DNA from: Chloroflexota bacterium
GTDB taxonomy: Bacteria > Chloroflexota > UBA5177
DNA length: 64,000 bases
Reading direction: 5' to 3'
Assembly (NCBI GenBank): GCA_051002135.1
Contig: JBPCMQ010000004.1
Span: 2,095-66,094 of the forward strand
In this document: in pieces, positions 47,166 through 58,295 of the stretch
Layout of the letters: the number at the start of each line of letters is the position of its first letter
How positions within the stretch are numbered: the stretch's first letter is position 1
Translations under genes and position numbers: made by a program
Notes under the pieces: generated by a model
Seen by the model: the letters and a program-made list of their open reading frames with translations, nothing else
Databases searched by the model: none
Told to the model about the DNA's origin: nothing

Positions 47166-50140
47166 CCGGCCGTCTGCAAACGCGGCTGGTGGCTCTCGCG
47201 GTCCCTGCTCTGCTTGCCGCCATCCTGATCGCCCTCACCGGAGATCAGCGCTACTTCACGATGTTCCTGATCGTAGCCGTCGTCGCCCTGGATCTGGAGC
47301 TGTTCCTGTACCATCGCGTTTTCGGCTATCAGGCGCGCTGGCAGACGTACCTGCTCGGTATCGTCGAGTTTCCCATCTACCTGCTCATCGTCTACGGCCT
47401 GGGTGGTACCCTGCCTGTCCGCACCATCGTCCTCTACTACCTTACGGGCTGGATCGGCGGATTGCTGGCGGTCAATTTCCTGCTTCCGCTCGTCGACGTC
47501 ACATGGATGGAGCATGGGGGAGAGATTGCGAGGGGACGGATCGCCCGTCCCTCGGCCCAGACACTCCTGCTTGGTGTCTTGGTCCTCCTCATTGCGCTGC
47601 AGCTGACGCTGATCCCCGGATCCCTGTCGTTTGCTCAGGTCGCGACGGCCGGGGTGACCGCTCTCGCTCTGGGCTGGGCCGCGCGCCGCCTGGCGCTTTC
47701 CGCCCCGGGTCCCAGCGAATCCCTGGTGCTGGGATTGTCCGTGACGTTGCTCATCCGAGCTCCTGGTGTCATGCCCTTCGCACTCTCCGCCGGGTTGGCG
47801 ATTCTCGTGCGCTCCTGGCTGCATGTGGCGCGGCGTCCGGTATTCAACGGTGCGGCAGCCGCGTTTGTCGCGCTCGTGCTCTTCGTGCCCGGCGTCTACG
47901 CGGCGGAAGCGCAGTGGGGCAACTCCTTGCTCTTGCCGCTGGTGATGGCCAATCTGGGACTCCTCATCGGGCTACGACGCAAGAAGCTACAATTTGTTCT
48001 GGCCTTTGCCGCCGTCTTTCTCGCCCACGGCCTGCTCGTGACTCACGCGCGCCAGGACATCTTGCAGATCCTCCTGCCGAGTCTCCTCCCGGCGTCCTTC
48101 GTGTTCTTCGCCGGCTTCGTGGCGCCGGACGACGCGACCATCCCCAACGGTGCGTGGGCCCAGATCATTGTTGGCGGCGCCGTAGGTGTGCTGGGACTGA
48201 CGCTGCAAGCGCGGGGGATCGGTTTGCCCTTCGCGGTGGCTCTGCTCGCCCTGAACTATGCGACGAGTCTGGCCAGGATAGCCGGCGGCGTCATGCCTCG
48301 GTTGCATCTTCCCGCATTCGCCACTCTTCACCCTGTCCGGGCTCCGGATGCCCGGGCAGCTCCCCCTGCGCGAGAGCCTCATCTCGCAGCCCCAATGTCG
48401 ATTGAGGCGCGCGCAGGGTCGGGCGTCGGTCCGGTAACCAACAGGCGTGTCTTCCTGGGCTCGATGGGCATTCTAGGCGGAAGCGTCTTCTTGGGCGGCG
48501 CGGTGAACCGCCTCACCGGTGTCGATCCCGCGATTCTGTCCTTGCCGCCCGAGCCGGCGCTTGCCAACGGGCAGGCGATCCCCCGCTTTCGCGACGTAGC
48601 GGCCGAGTCGGGCATTGTGATGAATCATCACGGGGCCCCGAGCGAGGGCAGCCCGGCGGTAGGGACGGGCGTCGCCTGGGGCGACTTCGATAACGACGGG
48701 TTGCCGGATCTCTACGTGACCGATCACCTCGGACCCAGCCACCTGTATCGCAACAACGGTGACGGCACGTTCACCGACGTCGCGGTCGCCGCGGGTGTGG
48801 CCCATCCCACGACTCGCACGACCTCGGCAACCTTTGTCGACTATGACAATGATGGATGGCTCGACCTGTATGTGGGGGCCGCGTACGGACCGAATGTGCT
48901 TTACCACAATAACGGAGACGGCATGTTCACGGACGTCACAACCCGCTCGGGCCTCGGTGATACCGGCCGCACTATGTCGACGGCGTGGGCGGACTACAAC
49001 GGCGACGGCTATCTGGACGTCTTCGTCGCCAATTACTCGGAGCAGGCCATCACGTTTAATCCAAACGATACGCCGGGACAGAACACCCGGCACGTCATGC
49101 GCTTGCCCCGCCCCCAGAGCCGGCTGTATCACAACAACGGAGACGGCACCTTCACCAATGTGACGCCGCAGCTGGGCTATCTTCCAACCGAAGGCCTCGG
49201 CTTCTCCGCCGTGTGGCTCGACTATAACGACGACGGCCGCCCGGATTTGTACGTGGTGTACGACTTTGGGTCGGTCCTCCAGCCGAGTACGCTCTGGCGC
49301 AACGATGGACCTGGTGGACCGACCGGTTGGCGTTTCACCGAAGTGGAAAGCCAAATGGGCGTTGACACCAAGATGAATCCCATGGGCGCGGCGAGTGGCG
49401 ACTACGACAATGACGGCTGGCTCGACCTGGCCGTGTCCAATATCGGACCCAACCTCCTGTATCACAACGAAAGAGGCCGCGGGTTTCGCGAGGTGGCTCA
49501 GCAGGCGCACGTGACTTATCACAGTCAGGTCATCGATAACATGCTGGATCCCTCAATGACCTGGGGCGTGAGCTTCGCCGATTTCAATAACGACGGCTGG
49601 CTCGACCTCTACATGGTTGCCGGCCCCATGGATTATGAACACGTCCCACAGCCCAACCTTCTTTTCCTGAACGACCATTCGGGAAGATTCATTGACGTTT
49701 CCGCGGTTTCCGGGACCAACGACCCCGGACAGGGTCGAAGTGTTGCGGTGGCGGACTATGACGGCGACGGATCCCTGGACATGTTCGTGGCGAATTATGG
49801 CCAGCCGCCGTTGCTTTATCGCAATGTGGGCCGCTCCTCGGCCAATAGGTGGGTGCGACTCAAGCTAGAAGGCACGGAAAGCAACCGCAGTGCAGTCGGG
49901 GCGCGTGTCACCGTGTTTGCCCACGGGATGCGTCCTCAGACACGGGAGGTGCAGATCGGCCAGGGTTTGGGTTCCTGCGACGACACGGCCCTGCATTTCG
50001 GGCTGGGAACAGCGGCGGAGATCGAGTTGGTGAGGATTCGCTGGCCCAGCGGCCGGAAGCAGACTCTCCGTGGCGTACAGTTCAACCGCGTGGTCGGGGT
50101 GCGCGAGCCCGGCCCCTCCCGTTGGCCACAGAGACGGTGA
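47150..50140 (+). CDS. CRTAC1/ASPIC-UnbV family protein with FG-GAP/VCBS beta-propeller repeats, fused to an N-terminal polytopic membrane domain
   Basis: ~400-aa hydrophobic N-terminal region. Repeated 'DFDNDGLPDLYVT...LYRNNGDGTFTDV' motifs. C-terminal UnbV_ASPIC domain 'RWVRLKLEGTESNRSAVGARVTV...IRWPSGRKQT'. Confidence 0.7.
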   Translation: MCVSLTGRLQTRLVALAVPALLAAILIALTGDQRYFTMFLIVAVVALDLELFLYHRVFGYQARWQTYLLGIVEFPIYLLIVYGLGGTLPVRTIVLYYLTGWIGGLLAVNFLLPLVDVTWMEHGGEIARGRIARPSAQTLLLGVLVLLIALQLTLIPGSLSFAQVATAGVTALALGWAARRLALSAPGPSESLVLGLSVTLLIRAPGVMPFALSAGLAILVRSWLHVARRPVFNGAAAAFVALVLFVPGVYAAEAQWGNSLLLPLVMANLGLLIGLRRKKLQFVLAFAAVFLAHGLLVTHARQDILQILLPSLLPASFVFFAGFVAPDDATIPNGAWAQIIVGGAVGVLGLTLQARGIGLPFAVALLALNYATSLARIAGGVMPRLHLPAFATLHPVRAPDARAAPPAREPHLAAPMSIEARAGSGVGPVTNRRVFLGSMGILGGSVFLGGAVNRLTGVDPAILSLPPEPALANGQAIPRFRDVAAESGIVMNHHGAPSEGSPAVGTGVAWGDFDNDGLPDLYVTDHLGPSHLYRNNGDGTFTDVAVAAGVAHPTTRTTSATFVDYDNDGWLDLYVGAAYGPNVLYHNNGDGMFTDVTTRSGLGDTGRTMSTAWADYNGDGYLDVFVANYSEQAITFNPNDTPGQNTRHVMRLPRPQSRLYHNNGDGTFTNVTPQLGYLPTEGLGFSAVWLDYNDDGRPDLYVVYDFGSVLQPSTLWRNDGPGGPTGWRFTEVESQMGVDTKMNPMGAASGDYDNDGWLDLAVSNIGPNLLYHNERGRGFREVAQQAHVTYHSQVIDNMLDPSMTWGVSFADFNNDGWLDLYMVAGPMDYEHVPQPNLLFLNDHSGRFIDVSAVSGTNDPGQGRSVAVADYDGDGSLDMFVANYGQPPLLYRNVGRSSANRWVRLKLEGTESNRSAVGARVTVFAHGMRPQTREVQIGQGLGSCDDTALHFGLGTAAEIELVRIRWPSGRKQTLRGVQFNRVVGVREPGPSRWPQRR

Positions 50141-50343
50141 AGTTCGGGCGACTTGGGACAAGCTTTTCTCTCTCGTCCACAATCTGTAGGCGGGCGGTCT
50201 CCATAGGCTTCCTGGTAGCGTCTCTCCCCTTCGTAGCATGCACGACCCCTCTGCGCGCGACTCCGTAGTAAACGGCAACTATACGCTAGGGGACAGCCGG
50301 AGAGGGACCACGCGGCCTACACCGCGTCTACTTCCATCTACCG

Positions 50344-51207
50344 CTAGTCGGCGCTTTTCTGCAAATCTGTCCCAACGCCTACCGCTGTCGGGACGTGAGT
50401 GGGGACGCGGACTTCATAGACGGCCTGATGGCGCGGAGGATACGCTGTGAGATGCGAGTGGGCGGGGCCGCGACCCTTTCGCAGCTGCCTCTGCTGGTGG
50501 GGCAAGCTCGAGGGGAACAGCGTGTTGAGCGTCACGAAGCGGTAGCCCCGCTGCTTCAATATCGGAAGCAGGACGGAGACCGCCGCGACCGTCTGCGCTC
50601 GATATCCGCCACCGTCGTGAAAGAGGACGATGCTCCCGGGGCGCACGGAAACCAGCACTCTTTGCACGATGGCCGCCACGCCCGGTTCCGACCAGTCTCG
50701 CGGATCAACCGACCACGTAACCGTGCGCAATCCGAGTCGGGCGGCAAGCGTGACAACACGCGCGTCGACTGCGTCGAATGGAGGCCGAAACCACAGGGGA
50801 GTGGTACCGGTCTCCGCGCGCACGACCCGTTGCGTGGCCTGTAGCTGGGCAATCGCCTCATCTTCGGGCAACCATGCGAGGTCGACGTGCGTATAGGTGT
50901 GATTGCCGAGCAGATCTCCGGCTGTCACCTCAGCCTTGACGATTTTGGGGTAAGTTACCACGTGCATGCCCACCACGAAGAACGTCGCTGACGCATGGTG
51001 CGCCCGCAAGAGCGAGAGAATAGCCCAGGTATAGGGGGACGGGCCGTCGTCGAAGGTCAGGGCGATGACGTGGTCGCGAGTCACCGCGTCACTTATGATC
51101 GCATTGAACCCTGGTTGTCCGCTCGCCCCGAACACCCGCTGTGGACCGCACAGGAGGGCAAGCGTGATGGCGATGGAGAGAAGGCGGCGGAAACGAGCGC
51201 GGTCCAT
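50344..51207 (-). CDS. Polysaccharide deacetylase (NodB homology domain), secreted
   Basis: 'ALTFDDGPSPYT' NodB motif 1. 'GNHTYTHVDL' motif 2. Signal peptide 'LLSIAITLALLCG'. Confidence 0.8.
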   Translation of the reverse strand: MDRARFRRLLSIAITLALLCGPQRVFGASGQPGFNAIISDAVTRDHVIALTFDDGPSPYTWAILSLLRAHHASATFFVVGMHVVTYPKIVKAEVTAGDLLGNHTYTHVDLAWLPEDEAIAQLQATQRVVRAETGTTPLWFRPPFDAVDARVVTLAARLGLRTVTWSVDPRDWSEPGVAAIVQRVLVSVRPGSIVLFHDGGGYRAQTVAAVSVLLPILKQRGYRFVTLNTLFPSSLPHQQRQLRKGRGPAHSHLTAYPPRHQAVYEVRVPTHVPTAVGVGTDLQKSAD

Positions 51208-51406
51208 GAGCCCTCCTTCACGAGGCGAATATCCTACGTGCATGACGCTATGTATCCCATTGCGCCGCTCGGCCTGCAGATGATCCTCAACTGAGACGTT
51301 TCAATTCAGTTAGCGCGCGAGCTGCCTCGAAAGTTACAAACTTCTTGGACACGTGTAACGAAGCCGCCCCGGAGCGCGTTGTAATAGGTAAGACCGGCGG
51401 ACCGCG

Positions 51407-52018
51407 ATGGGAGGCACGGTGAACGACCTGGCACTGGCGTATCAGGCCGAGTCGACGCTTGCCGTGCCCTGCGCCGCGCTCGAGGAGCAGGAGTGGGTCG
51501 AACGCGCCCGAGCGGGAGACATGGACGCCTTCGACGCCATCATGATTCGCTACGAGCCGCGTCTCCTCCGTTTTCTCACGGGTGTGGTGTACGATGCCGA
51601 GACGGCACGCGAGCTGTGTCAGGACACGTTTCTGGCGGCATATCAGTTTCTCCCACGTCTCCGAGGCGAGGTGCGGTTGTCGGCCTGGCTGCACACCATC
51701 GCGCTCAACCGCGCACGCAGCTATCATCGCCGGCGGCGGTTGCGATTGTTTCTCCCGATCGAGGAGGAGTATTTCAAGTCGGCGCCAGTCGACATTGGGG
51801 ACGCGATCGCGGCAAATGAGCTGGTTGAGCGCGTGCTCGCGCGCATGCCCAAAAAATATGCGCATGCGTTGCTTCTGCAATTGGCGTCGGGTTTGAGCTG
51901 CCGCGAGATCGCCGGCGTGGTGGGGTGCAGCGAGGGCGCGGTAAAGGTGCGCCTCCTGAGGGCACGAGAACATTTCCGCTGTCTGTACCAGGAAGAGGAT
52001 CGAGGACCATGCACATAG
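51407..52018 (+). CDS. RNA polymerase ECF-subfamily sigma factor
   Basis: Region 2 'FLAAYQFLPRLRGEVRLSAWLHTIALNRARSYHRRRR'. Region 4 HTH 'SCREIAGVVGCSEGAVKVRLLRAREHF'. Confidence 0.8.
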   Translation: MGGTVNDLALAYQAESTLAVPCAALEEQEWVERARAGDMDAFDAIMIRYEPRLLRFLTGVVYDAETARELCQDTFLAAYQFLPRLRGEVRLSAWLHTIALNRARSYHRRRRLRLFLPIEEEYFKSAPVDIGDAIAANELVERVLARMPKKYAHALLLQLASGLSCREIAGVVGCSEGAVKVRLLRAREHFRCLYQEEDRGPCT

Positions 52019-54156
52019 GACGGTGCCGGACCTATCGTCTCTGGATGCAGGCGGACGATCTTGACGCTTCGGCTCTCGCCGCTCTGCACGCGCACACCCG
52101 CGAATGCGACGAGTGCCGCGCCGTACTCGAGGGGCACGTCCAGGTCGATGACACGATTGGAAAGTATCTGGACACTGCTTCGCAGTTTCCTTCCTCTCGC
52201 GACGTCATCAAAGCCCGCATCATGGTTGGGGAAGACGCCACGCAGCGGTCTTTCTTGTCGCATCAGACTCGCCGGCTAAGAGCTTTTCGACTTCGCCCAC
52301 GATTTCTGGCCGTCCCCTTTGCGCTGTGCGCTCTCGCCGGCGCGCTATCCATTCCTCAGAATGCGGATAGCCCGGTTTTTCGCGTGCAGCCTGTCGCCGC
52401 TATCTCCTGGGCACGCAGCAACCCCTACGTGGGTTTCCCCCTTGCGGTCGACGCGACACGGCCCGGTCATCTGCTTGCCGGCGCGCACGGGAGGGTGTAC
52501 GAGTCGTACGACGCGGGCGACCACTGGCGTCCGTTGGCGCCATTGCCCCCTCATCTCGTGATCCGCGCGGTTGCCGTGGACCGGCAGCATTCGTCCCGTT
52601 ACCTCGTGGCGACCTTGAGGTCCATATACGTCACGAACGACCATGGTCGACACTGGAGTGCCGCCGCAACCGCTCTTTTGGGAGCAGAGGTCATGTTCCT
52701 GCTCCAGGATCCGCGGAGGGCGGATACGTTCTATGCAGGACCGAGCGTGTTGTGGAGAAGCACGGATTCCGGGAAGACATGGAAGCGTTTGGGCCGAGGA
52801 CGAGTATTTGCTCCGAGCGGGATTCAGTCTCTGGCATTTATGCGAAATGGAACACTGGTGACGGGCATCTGGGGAGGCGGAGTCGCGGTCTCTCACGATG
52901 GCGGCGTCACCTGGCATCGCCGCTCCTTGGGCCTGGCCAAGAACGTCATGGACGTGTCTCCCCTGGCCTCCGGGAGGATCTACGTCGCGACGGATCGCGG
53001 AGTATTTACCGGCGTGGCCGGTGCGACGGCATGGCGAAGGTCGGGGCCTGCTCAACACTTCTTCGCGACGAGTCTGTTGCAAGCCGGCACGTCGATTCTC
53101 GTCGGGGGAGACGGCGCTCTCTACCGATCGGATGACGGGGGAGTGAGCTGGCAGCTGTCCATGGCCGGCTTGCAGCTCGCGCCGTACATCAACGCCCTGA
53201 CCCTCGATGCCTTCAAGCCGGACAGGGTGTACGCGTCCGTCAACGCCGATGGCCTTTTCCGCTCGGACGACCAGGGAAGGCATTGGGTAGCCATCAATCG
53301 CGGCATTCCGCTATCGCCGGTGCCCGGTACGTCGACTCGTATCCTGTTCTTGCGAAGCGGCACGCTCTGGTCAACCGATAGTCAGGGAACAGATCCGGGC
53401 GTTCTAACAGTGGATGCCGATGTGCGCGGCGCTTCCCTCGCTCCCGACGGACGCGCGATAGCGTATGTTGTCGGTGCGTCGCCTACCTGGGAGGTCAAAG
53501 TCCTGGCGCCACGAAAATCCGGCGCACGGACCGTGGTACGGCTACACGATCGACGGCCGCCGAGGTTGTACTGGTCCCCTGACTCCGCTCTGCTGGCGGT
53601 TGCGAGCTCCTCCGCGGTCACCGTCTCCAATCTCACGCGCACGATACACACGTTTTTGCTTGCGGGGAATTTGCGCCCGGTGGGATGGATGGGTGACGGC
53701 TCGACGTTCCTCCTATGGAGCGGTCGGACGAGGCGCCTTCTCCGCTTGTCGCGGGCCACGAGATTGACGCCGGCCACCATCGAGTATGACGGCGTTTATG
53801 AGATGCCGCCCGTGCTTGCACCCGATCACCGGCACGTTGCCGCCGCCTACCGCGGCCAACTTTTTGTGCAGCCTGTTGAGGGTGGGCCTGCCACAACGAC
53901 CTCCGTTCCCGCCACCTGCATCGTTCGCACCTGGTCCCAGGACAGCAGGGCGGTTGTCCTCTTCTGTGGACGGGAGGTGCAAGTACGAGCCGTCTCGGGT
54001 ATCGTCCTGGGGCAAGCGCCGGTCGCGGATGTCACTCAAGTGATCGTGCCCAACGCGGCGCGCGGTCCTGTCCTTCTGTTCGCGCGCGGCGCACTCTGGA
54101 GCGCGACGAGATCGGGACAGATGCGGGAAATTGTGGCCGCGGCCTCGCCCGCGTGA
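52009..54156 (+). CDS. Anti-sigma factor (zf-HC2) with a TM helix and a large extracytoplasmic BNR/Asp-box beta-propeller plus TolB-like region
   Basis: Overlaps the sigma-factor gene by 10 nt. 'HAHTRECDECRAVLEGH' zinc motif. TM 'FLAVPFALCALAGAL'. Six or more 'S/TxDxGxxW' BNR repeats. C-terminal 'WSPDS...' propeller. Confidence 0.65.
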   Translation: MHIGRCRTYRLWMQADDLDASALAALHAHTRECDECRAVLEGHVQVDDTIGKYLDTASQFPSSRDVIKARIMVGEDATQRSFLSHQTRRLRAFRLRPRFLAVPFALCALAGALSIPQNADSPVFRVQPVAAISWARSNPYVGFPLAVDATRPGHLLAGAHGRVYESYDAGDHWRPLAPLPPHLVIRAVAVDRQHSSRYLVATLRSIYVTNDHGRHWSAAATALLGAEVMFLLQDPRRADTFYAGPSVLWRSTDSGKTWKRLGRGRVFAPSGIQSLAFMRNGTLVTGIWGGGVAVSHDGGVTWHRRSLGLAKNVMDVSPLASGRIYVATDRGVFTGVAGATAWRRSGPAQHFFATSLLQAGTSILVGGDGALYRSDDGGVSWQLSMAGLQLAPYINALTLDAFKPDRVYASVNADGLFRSDDQGRHWVAINRGIPLSPVPGTSTRILFLRSGTLWSTDSQGTDPGVLTVDADVRGASLAPDGRAIAYVVGASPTWEVKVLAPRKSGARTVVRLHDRRPPRLYWSPDSALLAVASSSAVTVSNLTRTIHTFLLAGNLRPVGWMGDGSTFLLWSGRTRRLLRLSRATRLTPATIEYDGVYEMPPVLAPDHRHVAAAYRGQLFVQPVEGGPATTTSVPATCIVRTWSQDSRAVVLFCGREVQVRAVSGIVLGQAPVADVTQVIVPNAARGPVLLFARGALWSATRSGQMREIVAAASPA

Positions 54157-54197
54157 GGTCGCTCGGCAAGCGCACGAGCCTGCCCCTATTCTGATAT

Positions 54198-55547
54198 ATG
54201 CGGATTGAGCTCGAGATCCCCGAGCACATCCTTCACGATCTGTTGGATGGCGTAGACCTACCTCGCTTCGCGACGCTCAGCTACACCATTCGGACTCCAC
54301 CTGCCCTTCGAGACCTCGGATCCGCGGTCCTGGAACAGATGGCGGAGCCAGGGATCCGAGAGATGTTCGAGCCCGGCCAGCGTATCGCCATCGGGGTCGG
54401 CAGCCGGGGAATTGGGCGCCTACCTGAGATCGTCCGCGGAGTTGTATCCGCCATCCGCCGGCGAGGCGCTGACCCGTTCATCATTCCCTCCATGGGCAGC
54501 CATGGCGGAGCAACGGCAGAGGGCCAACGCCGTGTTCTGGCCCATCTGGGCGTGACCGAAGACAGTGTGGATGCGCCGATCGTATCGGACATGGACACGG
54601 TTGTGATCGGCCACATTGCTGACGGGACAGCGGTGCACCTGGATCGACGAGCGGCGGGAGCGGATGGTATCGTCTTTGTGGCCCGCGTCAAACCGCACAC
54701 GGCATTCCGTGGCCCGTACGAAAGCGGACTGGCCAAGATGATTGCGATCGGCCTCGGCAAGCAAGCCGGCGCCTCAACGACGCACGCGCGCGGCTTCGGC
54801 GAAATGGCGGTGATGGTGCCCGAGATGGCCCGGATCGCTCTGGAGAAAGCGCCGATTCGTCTCGCGATCGCCGTGATCGAGAACGCTCACGACGAGCCCT
54901 ACAAAGTTCTCGGCGTGCCTTCCGTCCAAATTCTCGACCTGGAGCCGGAGCTGCTGGTGGAAGCGCGGGCCGCCATGCCGCGCCTCCCGTTTGATGAATG
55001 TGACGTCCTGATCATCGATCGCATCGGCAAAAACATCAGCGGCGACGGCGCCGATCCCAATATTACGGGTCGCTACCCAACCCCGTACGCACACGGCGGA
55101 CCACAAATCACGAAACACGTGGTGCTGGATCTGGACGCAGCGTCCGCGGGGAATGCAAACGGCGTGGGCACGGCGGATTTCACCACTGTCCGCCTCGTTC
55201 GCAAGCTTGTGCTGGCGCAGACCTACCCCAATGCTCTGACGTCTACTGTGGCGCGTCCCGTCGCTCTGCCCATGGTCCTCCCGTCCGATCACCTCGCGAT
55301 CGCAGCGGCTCTGTTGACCTGTAACGCGGTGGGACGACCCGCCACGGTTGTCCGTATTCGGGACACGTTGCATCTGGACCGCCTCATTGTTTCCGAAGCG
55401 CTCTTGAATGAGGTCCAGGGACGAGCGGACATCGAGGTGCTTCACGGCCCGGCACCATTGGCATTCGACGAACTCGGCAACCTCCTGGACCTGGACGAAT
55501 CTAGTGAGAAGCAGGTTATTGGTCTAGAGATGCACGACGTCTGGTAA
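54198..55547 (+). CDS. LarA-like / DUF2088 (lactate racemase family) protein
   Basis: 'RIAIGVGSRG', 'SMGSHGGAT', 'VARVKPHTAFRGPYESGLAKMIAIGLG' and 'ASTTHA' match the LarA N-domain pattern. Assignment is tentative. Confidence 0.55.
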   Translation: MRIELEIPEHILHDLLDGVDLPRFATLSYTIRTPPALRDLGSAVLEQMAEPGIREMFEPGQRIAIGVGSRGIGRLPEIVRGVVSAIRRRGADPFIIPSMGSHGGATAEGQRRVLAHLGVTEDSVDAPIVSDMDTVVIGHIADGTAVHLDRRAAGADGIVFVARVKPHTAFRGPYESGLAKMIAIGLGKQAGASTTHARGFGEMAVMVPEMARIALEKAPIRLAIAVIENAHDEPYKVLGVPSVQILDLEPELLVEARAAMPRLPFDECDVLIIDRIGKNISGDGADPNITGRYPTPYAHGGPQITKHVVLDLDAASAGNANGVGTADFTTVRLVRKLVLAQTYPNALTSTVARPVALPMVLPSDHLAIAAALLTCNAVGRPATVVRIRDTLHLDRLIVSEALLNEVQGRADIEVLHGPAPLAFDELGNLLDLDESSEKQVIGLEMHDVW

Positions 55548-55711
55548 ATCGGACAGAAAACGAAGGGGACGACGCAAATTGGACCAGCGTCCGTGTGTCG
55601 CGCCATCTCGACTTTCTCACGGAACTTAGTCAGAGCTTTGGGTACACATATTTGGCATAGTGTTGGCCGACCCAGTATGGTGACACCACCACCTTTTGCT
55701 GGCAGCGAGGC

Positions 55712-57457
55712 ATGCCGGCGTCCAAACGCCAACACGTTATCCCCACCGACGATTGGCAGCAGCTCCGCCTTCACTTGGACTGGCCGGAGCAAATTACCTA
55801 TGAGCTGATTCGCCCCGTCATTGTCTATGGCCAGTCGATTGTAAAGCGGGCCAAGGAGACAGGAGCGGCGGTGCGAACCATTCGACGTAAGGCCGACCAG
55901 TTCGACGTCGCTGGCATGGCCAGTCTCTTTCCCGCCAGGATGCGGAGTGATAACGAGAGGCTTGAGCGGCGAGAGATCCCTCAGCCGCTCCGTCAACTGC
56001 TCATCGATCTGAAGAAGGAGCATCCCGGATTCCGCGCCCACGAACTGGCGACGATTGGCTATGTCGCCTTCGGTCGACGCCTTGATCCTCGGACCGTGCA
56101 GCGGATTCTGGCGAGTGGTCTTCCTCCGAAGGGGATCACCCGTCGCTTCCCCCACTACGCCGAGATCCCAGACCCGGTCGAGCGACGGTCAGCTATTGTC
56201 CGGCTCCATGCCGAGGGCTGGAACGTGAAGAGCATTGCCGGCTACTTGGAGACCACCCGCCGGCGCGTCTATGAAGCGCTGAAGCGCTGGATACAGGAAG
56301 GGGTTCATGGACTTGAGGACAAGCCACCCATTCCAAAGCAACCCGCGCGCAAGGTGGATCTTCGCAGCATGCACACCGTGCAGAAGTTGCAAGAGAATCC
56401 GGAGTTGGGTGCCTTTCGGATGCATGCCGCGCTGAAACAGGTCGGCATCGAGCTGAGTCCCAGCACCTGTGGCCGCATCCTTGCCCTGAACCGTTCTCTC
56501 TATCAGCTGCCAGGGCCAACAACGGAACCACATGAGGCTAAGCCCATGCCGTTCCAGGCCAGCCGACGACATCAGTACTGGACCGTGGACGTTCGCTACC
56601 TTGATATGCACCAGCTGGGCGGCGGGATGATCTACTGCATCTCCATTCTCGAGAACTACAGCCGGTGCATCCTGGCCAGCATGCTCTCCCGCTCCCAAGA
56701 CCTCACTGCCTACCTCATGGTGCTCTATGCTGCGGTCCGTCGGTATGGGAGCCCAGAGGCGTTGGTCTCTGACGGTGGAAGTATCTTCAAGGCAAATCGA
56801 GCGATGACTATCTACGAGGTTCTTGGCATTAGGAAGGAGCAAATCGCGAAGCGACAACCCTGGCAGTCGTACATCGAAAGCCAGTTCAATGTGCAGCGTC
56901 GCATGGCTGATTGGCACTTCGCTCGAGCCACTACCTGGGAGGAGTTGCTGGCAGTGCATGATCGCTGGCTCGAGGACTTCAACACTCAGGTCCATTGGGC
57001 GCATCGGGAGCGGGAAGACGGGAGACACAGCCCCGCCGAAGTCCTCGGCTGGGTTGCAGGCACGCAGCATTCCCAGCAAGAACTCTACCGCATCTTCTAC
57101 ACGACACGGTTTGGGCGGCGGCTCAATAAGCTGGGTTACGTTCGCTTCCGTCATTGGCGGCTGTATGGCGAGCAGGGCGTTGCGCGACAGCGTGCGGCGG
57201 TGTGGCTCTATGGAGATCTCCTCACAGTCGAGTTCGCCGATGCCCTGCTTTCGCAATACCTGGTTACCTACGCACCAAACCACGTCCAGCTGCGGACAGT
57301 GACCCCGCTTCGCCGATTCCAGACCCCCTACCAGTCACCACAGCTCTCGCTGTGGGACTTGCAGCCTCATGAATGGCGATTGGCTCTTCCGCTACCGGCG
57401 TATGCACCCCGACGGAAGTGCGCCGCCCGGGCAGTGCAAGGACGTCTCGCGATGTAA
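55712..57457 (+). mobile_element. DDE-type transposase/integrase, rve superfamily (IS481/Mu-like), 581 aa
   Basis: HTH 'GWNVKSIAGYLETTRRRVYEALKRWIQEG'. DDE triad in 'WTVDVRYL', 'SDGGSIF', 'YIESQFN'. The region is flanked by AT-richer sequence. Confidence 0.7.
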
Positions 57458-57760
57458 GAGCCCGGTTGGGCTGAGAAAGAGGTGTGCACTTGCTCGTGGC
57501 GCTGACAACCGAAGTGCTCATAGACGCGCTCCTCCAACTCGCTGGCCTGGCAAGACGCTGCGGGACAGATGTCCGCTCCCGCGTGGAGCAAGACTGAGAT
57601 GAACGTCCGGCGGAGATCGTGAGGGCTGGACGACGATGCACGCCCGCCTCACAGGCACGGTGTCCCAATGCACCGAGCTTGACGCTGGTTCCGTTTCTAT
57701 TTTTAGTCTAAGAACTCGTTTCAGAATGAACTGCGTCGGTCCGGCGCCACGACCCCCTTG

Positions 57761-58222
57761 TCAGACGGCGTACGCTTTGATCCTAACCTCACCCTTCGCG
57801 AAATCGACGGTTCCCGGCGCCCAGACCTGGATTGGGTTCACCCAGGAGTACTCGGCGGCGGAGGTGGTAAGCGTCACGTTCTCCCGGAGCCGAGCGACCG
57901 GCGATCCCGGCTCTAGAATGAGAACGCCATCTGCGGCGAGCGCGATCTTCTTGCCGTCCTCGGTCGTAATCTCGGCGTGGATGTGGAGCTGGACACGGCC
58001 GTCGGCACGCACGTGGAGGTAGTCCACGCCCTTGACCGCGCCTTTGAGCTTCGGCCCAGTGGCAGGGCCCTCGAAGGCCACGTCGAAGCGCGCTCCCTCC
58101 GCGGGCGGCGCCGCCGCGCCCGACAGCAGCGTGTCCAAAGCCACGCCGTACTCCGTCACCTGCGTGAATTGCACTGTGTACTCGTAGATCAGCTCGCCCG
58201 GCATTCCTGCTTGTTCGCTCAT
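57761..58222 (-). CDS. DUF3237 domain protein
   Basis: 'ELIYEYTVQF...FDVAFEGPATGPKLKGAVKGVDYLHVRADG...TTEDGKKIAL' matches the DUF3237 beta-barrel pattern. The ORF extension upstream of 58222 is likely spurious. Confidence 0.55.
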   Translation of the reverse strand: MSEQAGMPGELIYEYTVQFTQVTEYGVALDTLLSGAAAPPAEGARFDVAFEGPATGPKLKGAVKGVDYLHVRADGRVQLHIHAEITTEDGKKIALAADGVLILEPGSPVARLRENVTLTTSAAEYSWVNPIQVWAPGTVDFAKGEVRIKAYAV

Positions 58223-58295
58223 CGTGAACCTCCGTTTCCGTGTAAGGGGTGATCGAGGTGGGGAGCCTCGCATCCGATCCGAGTCTAGCGCATGA

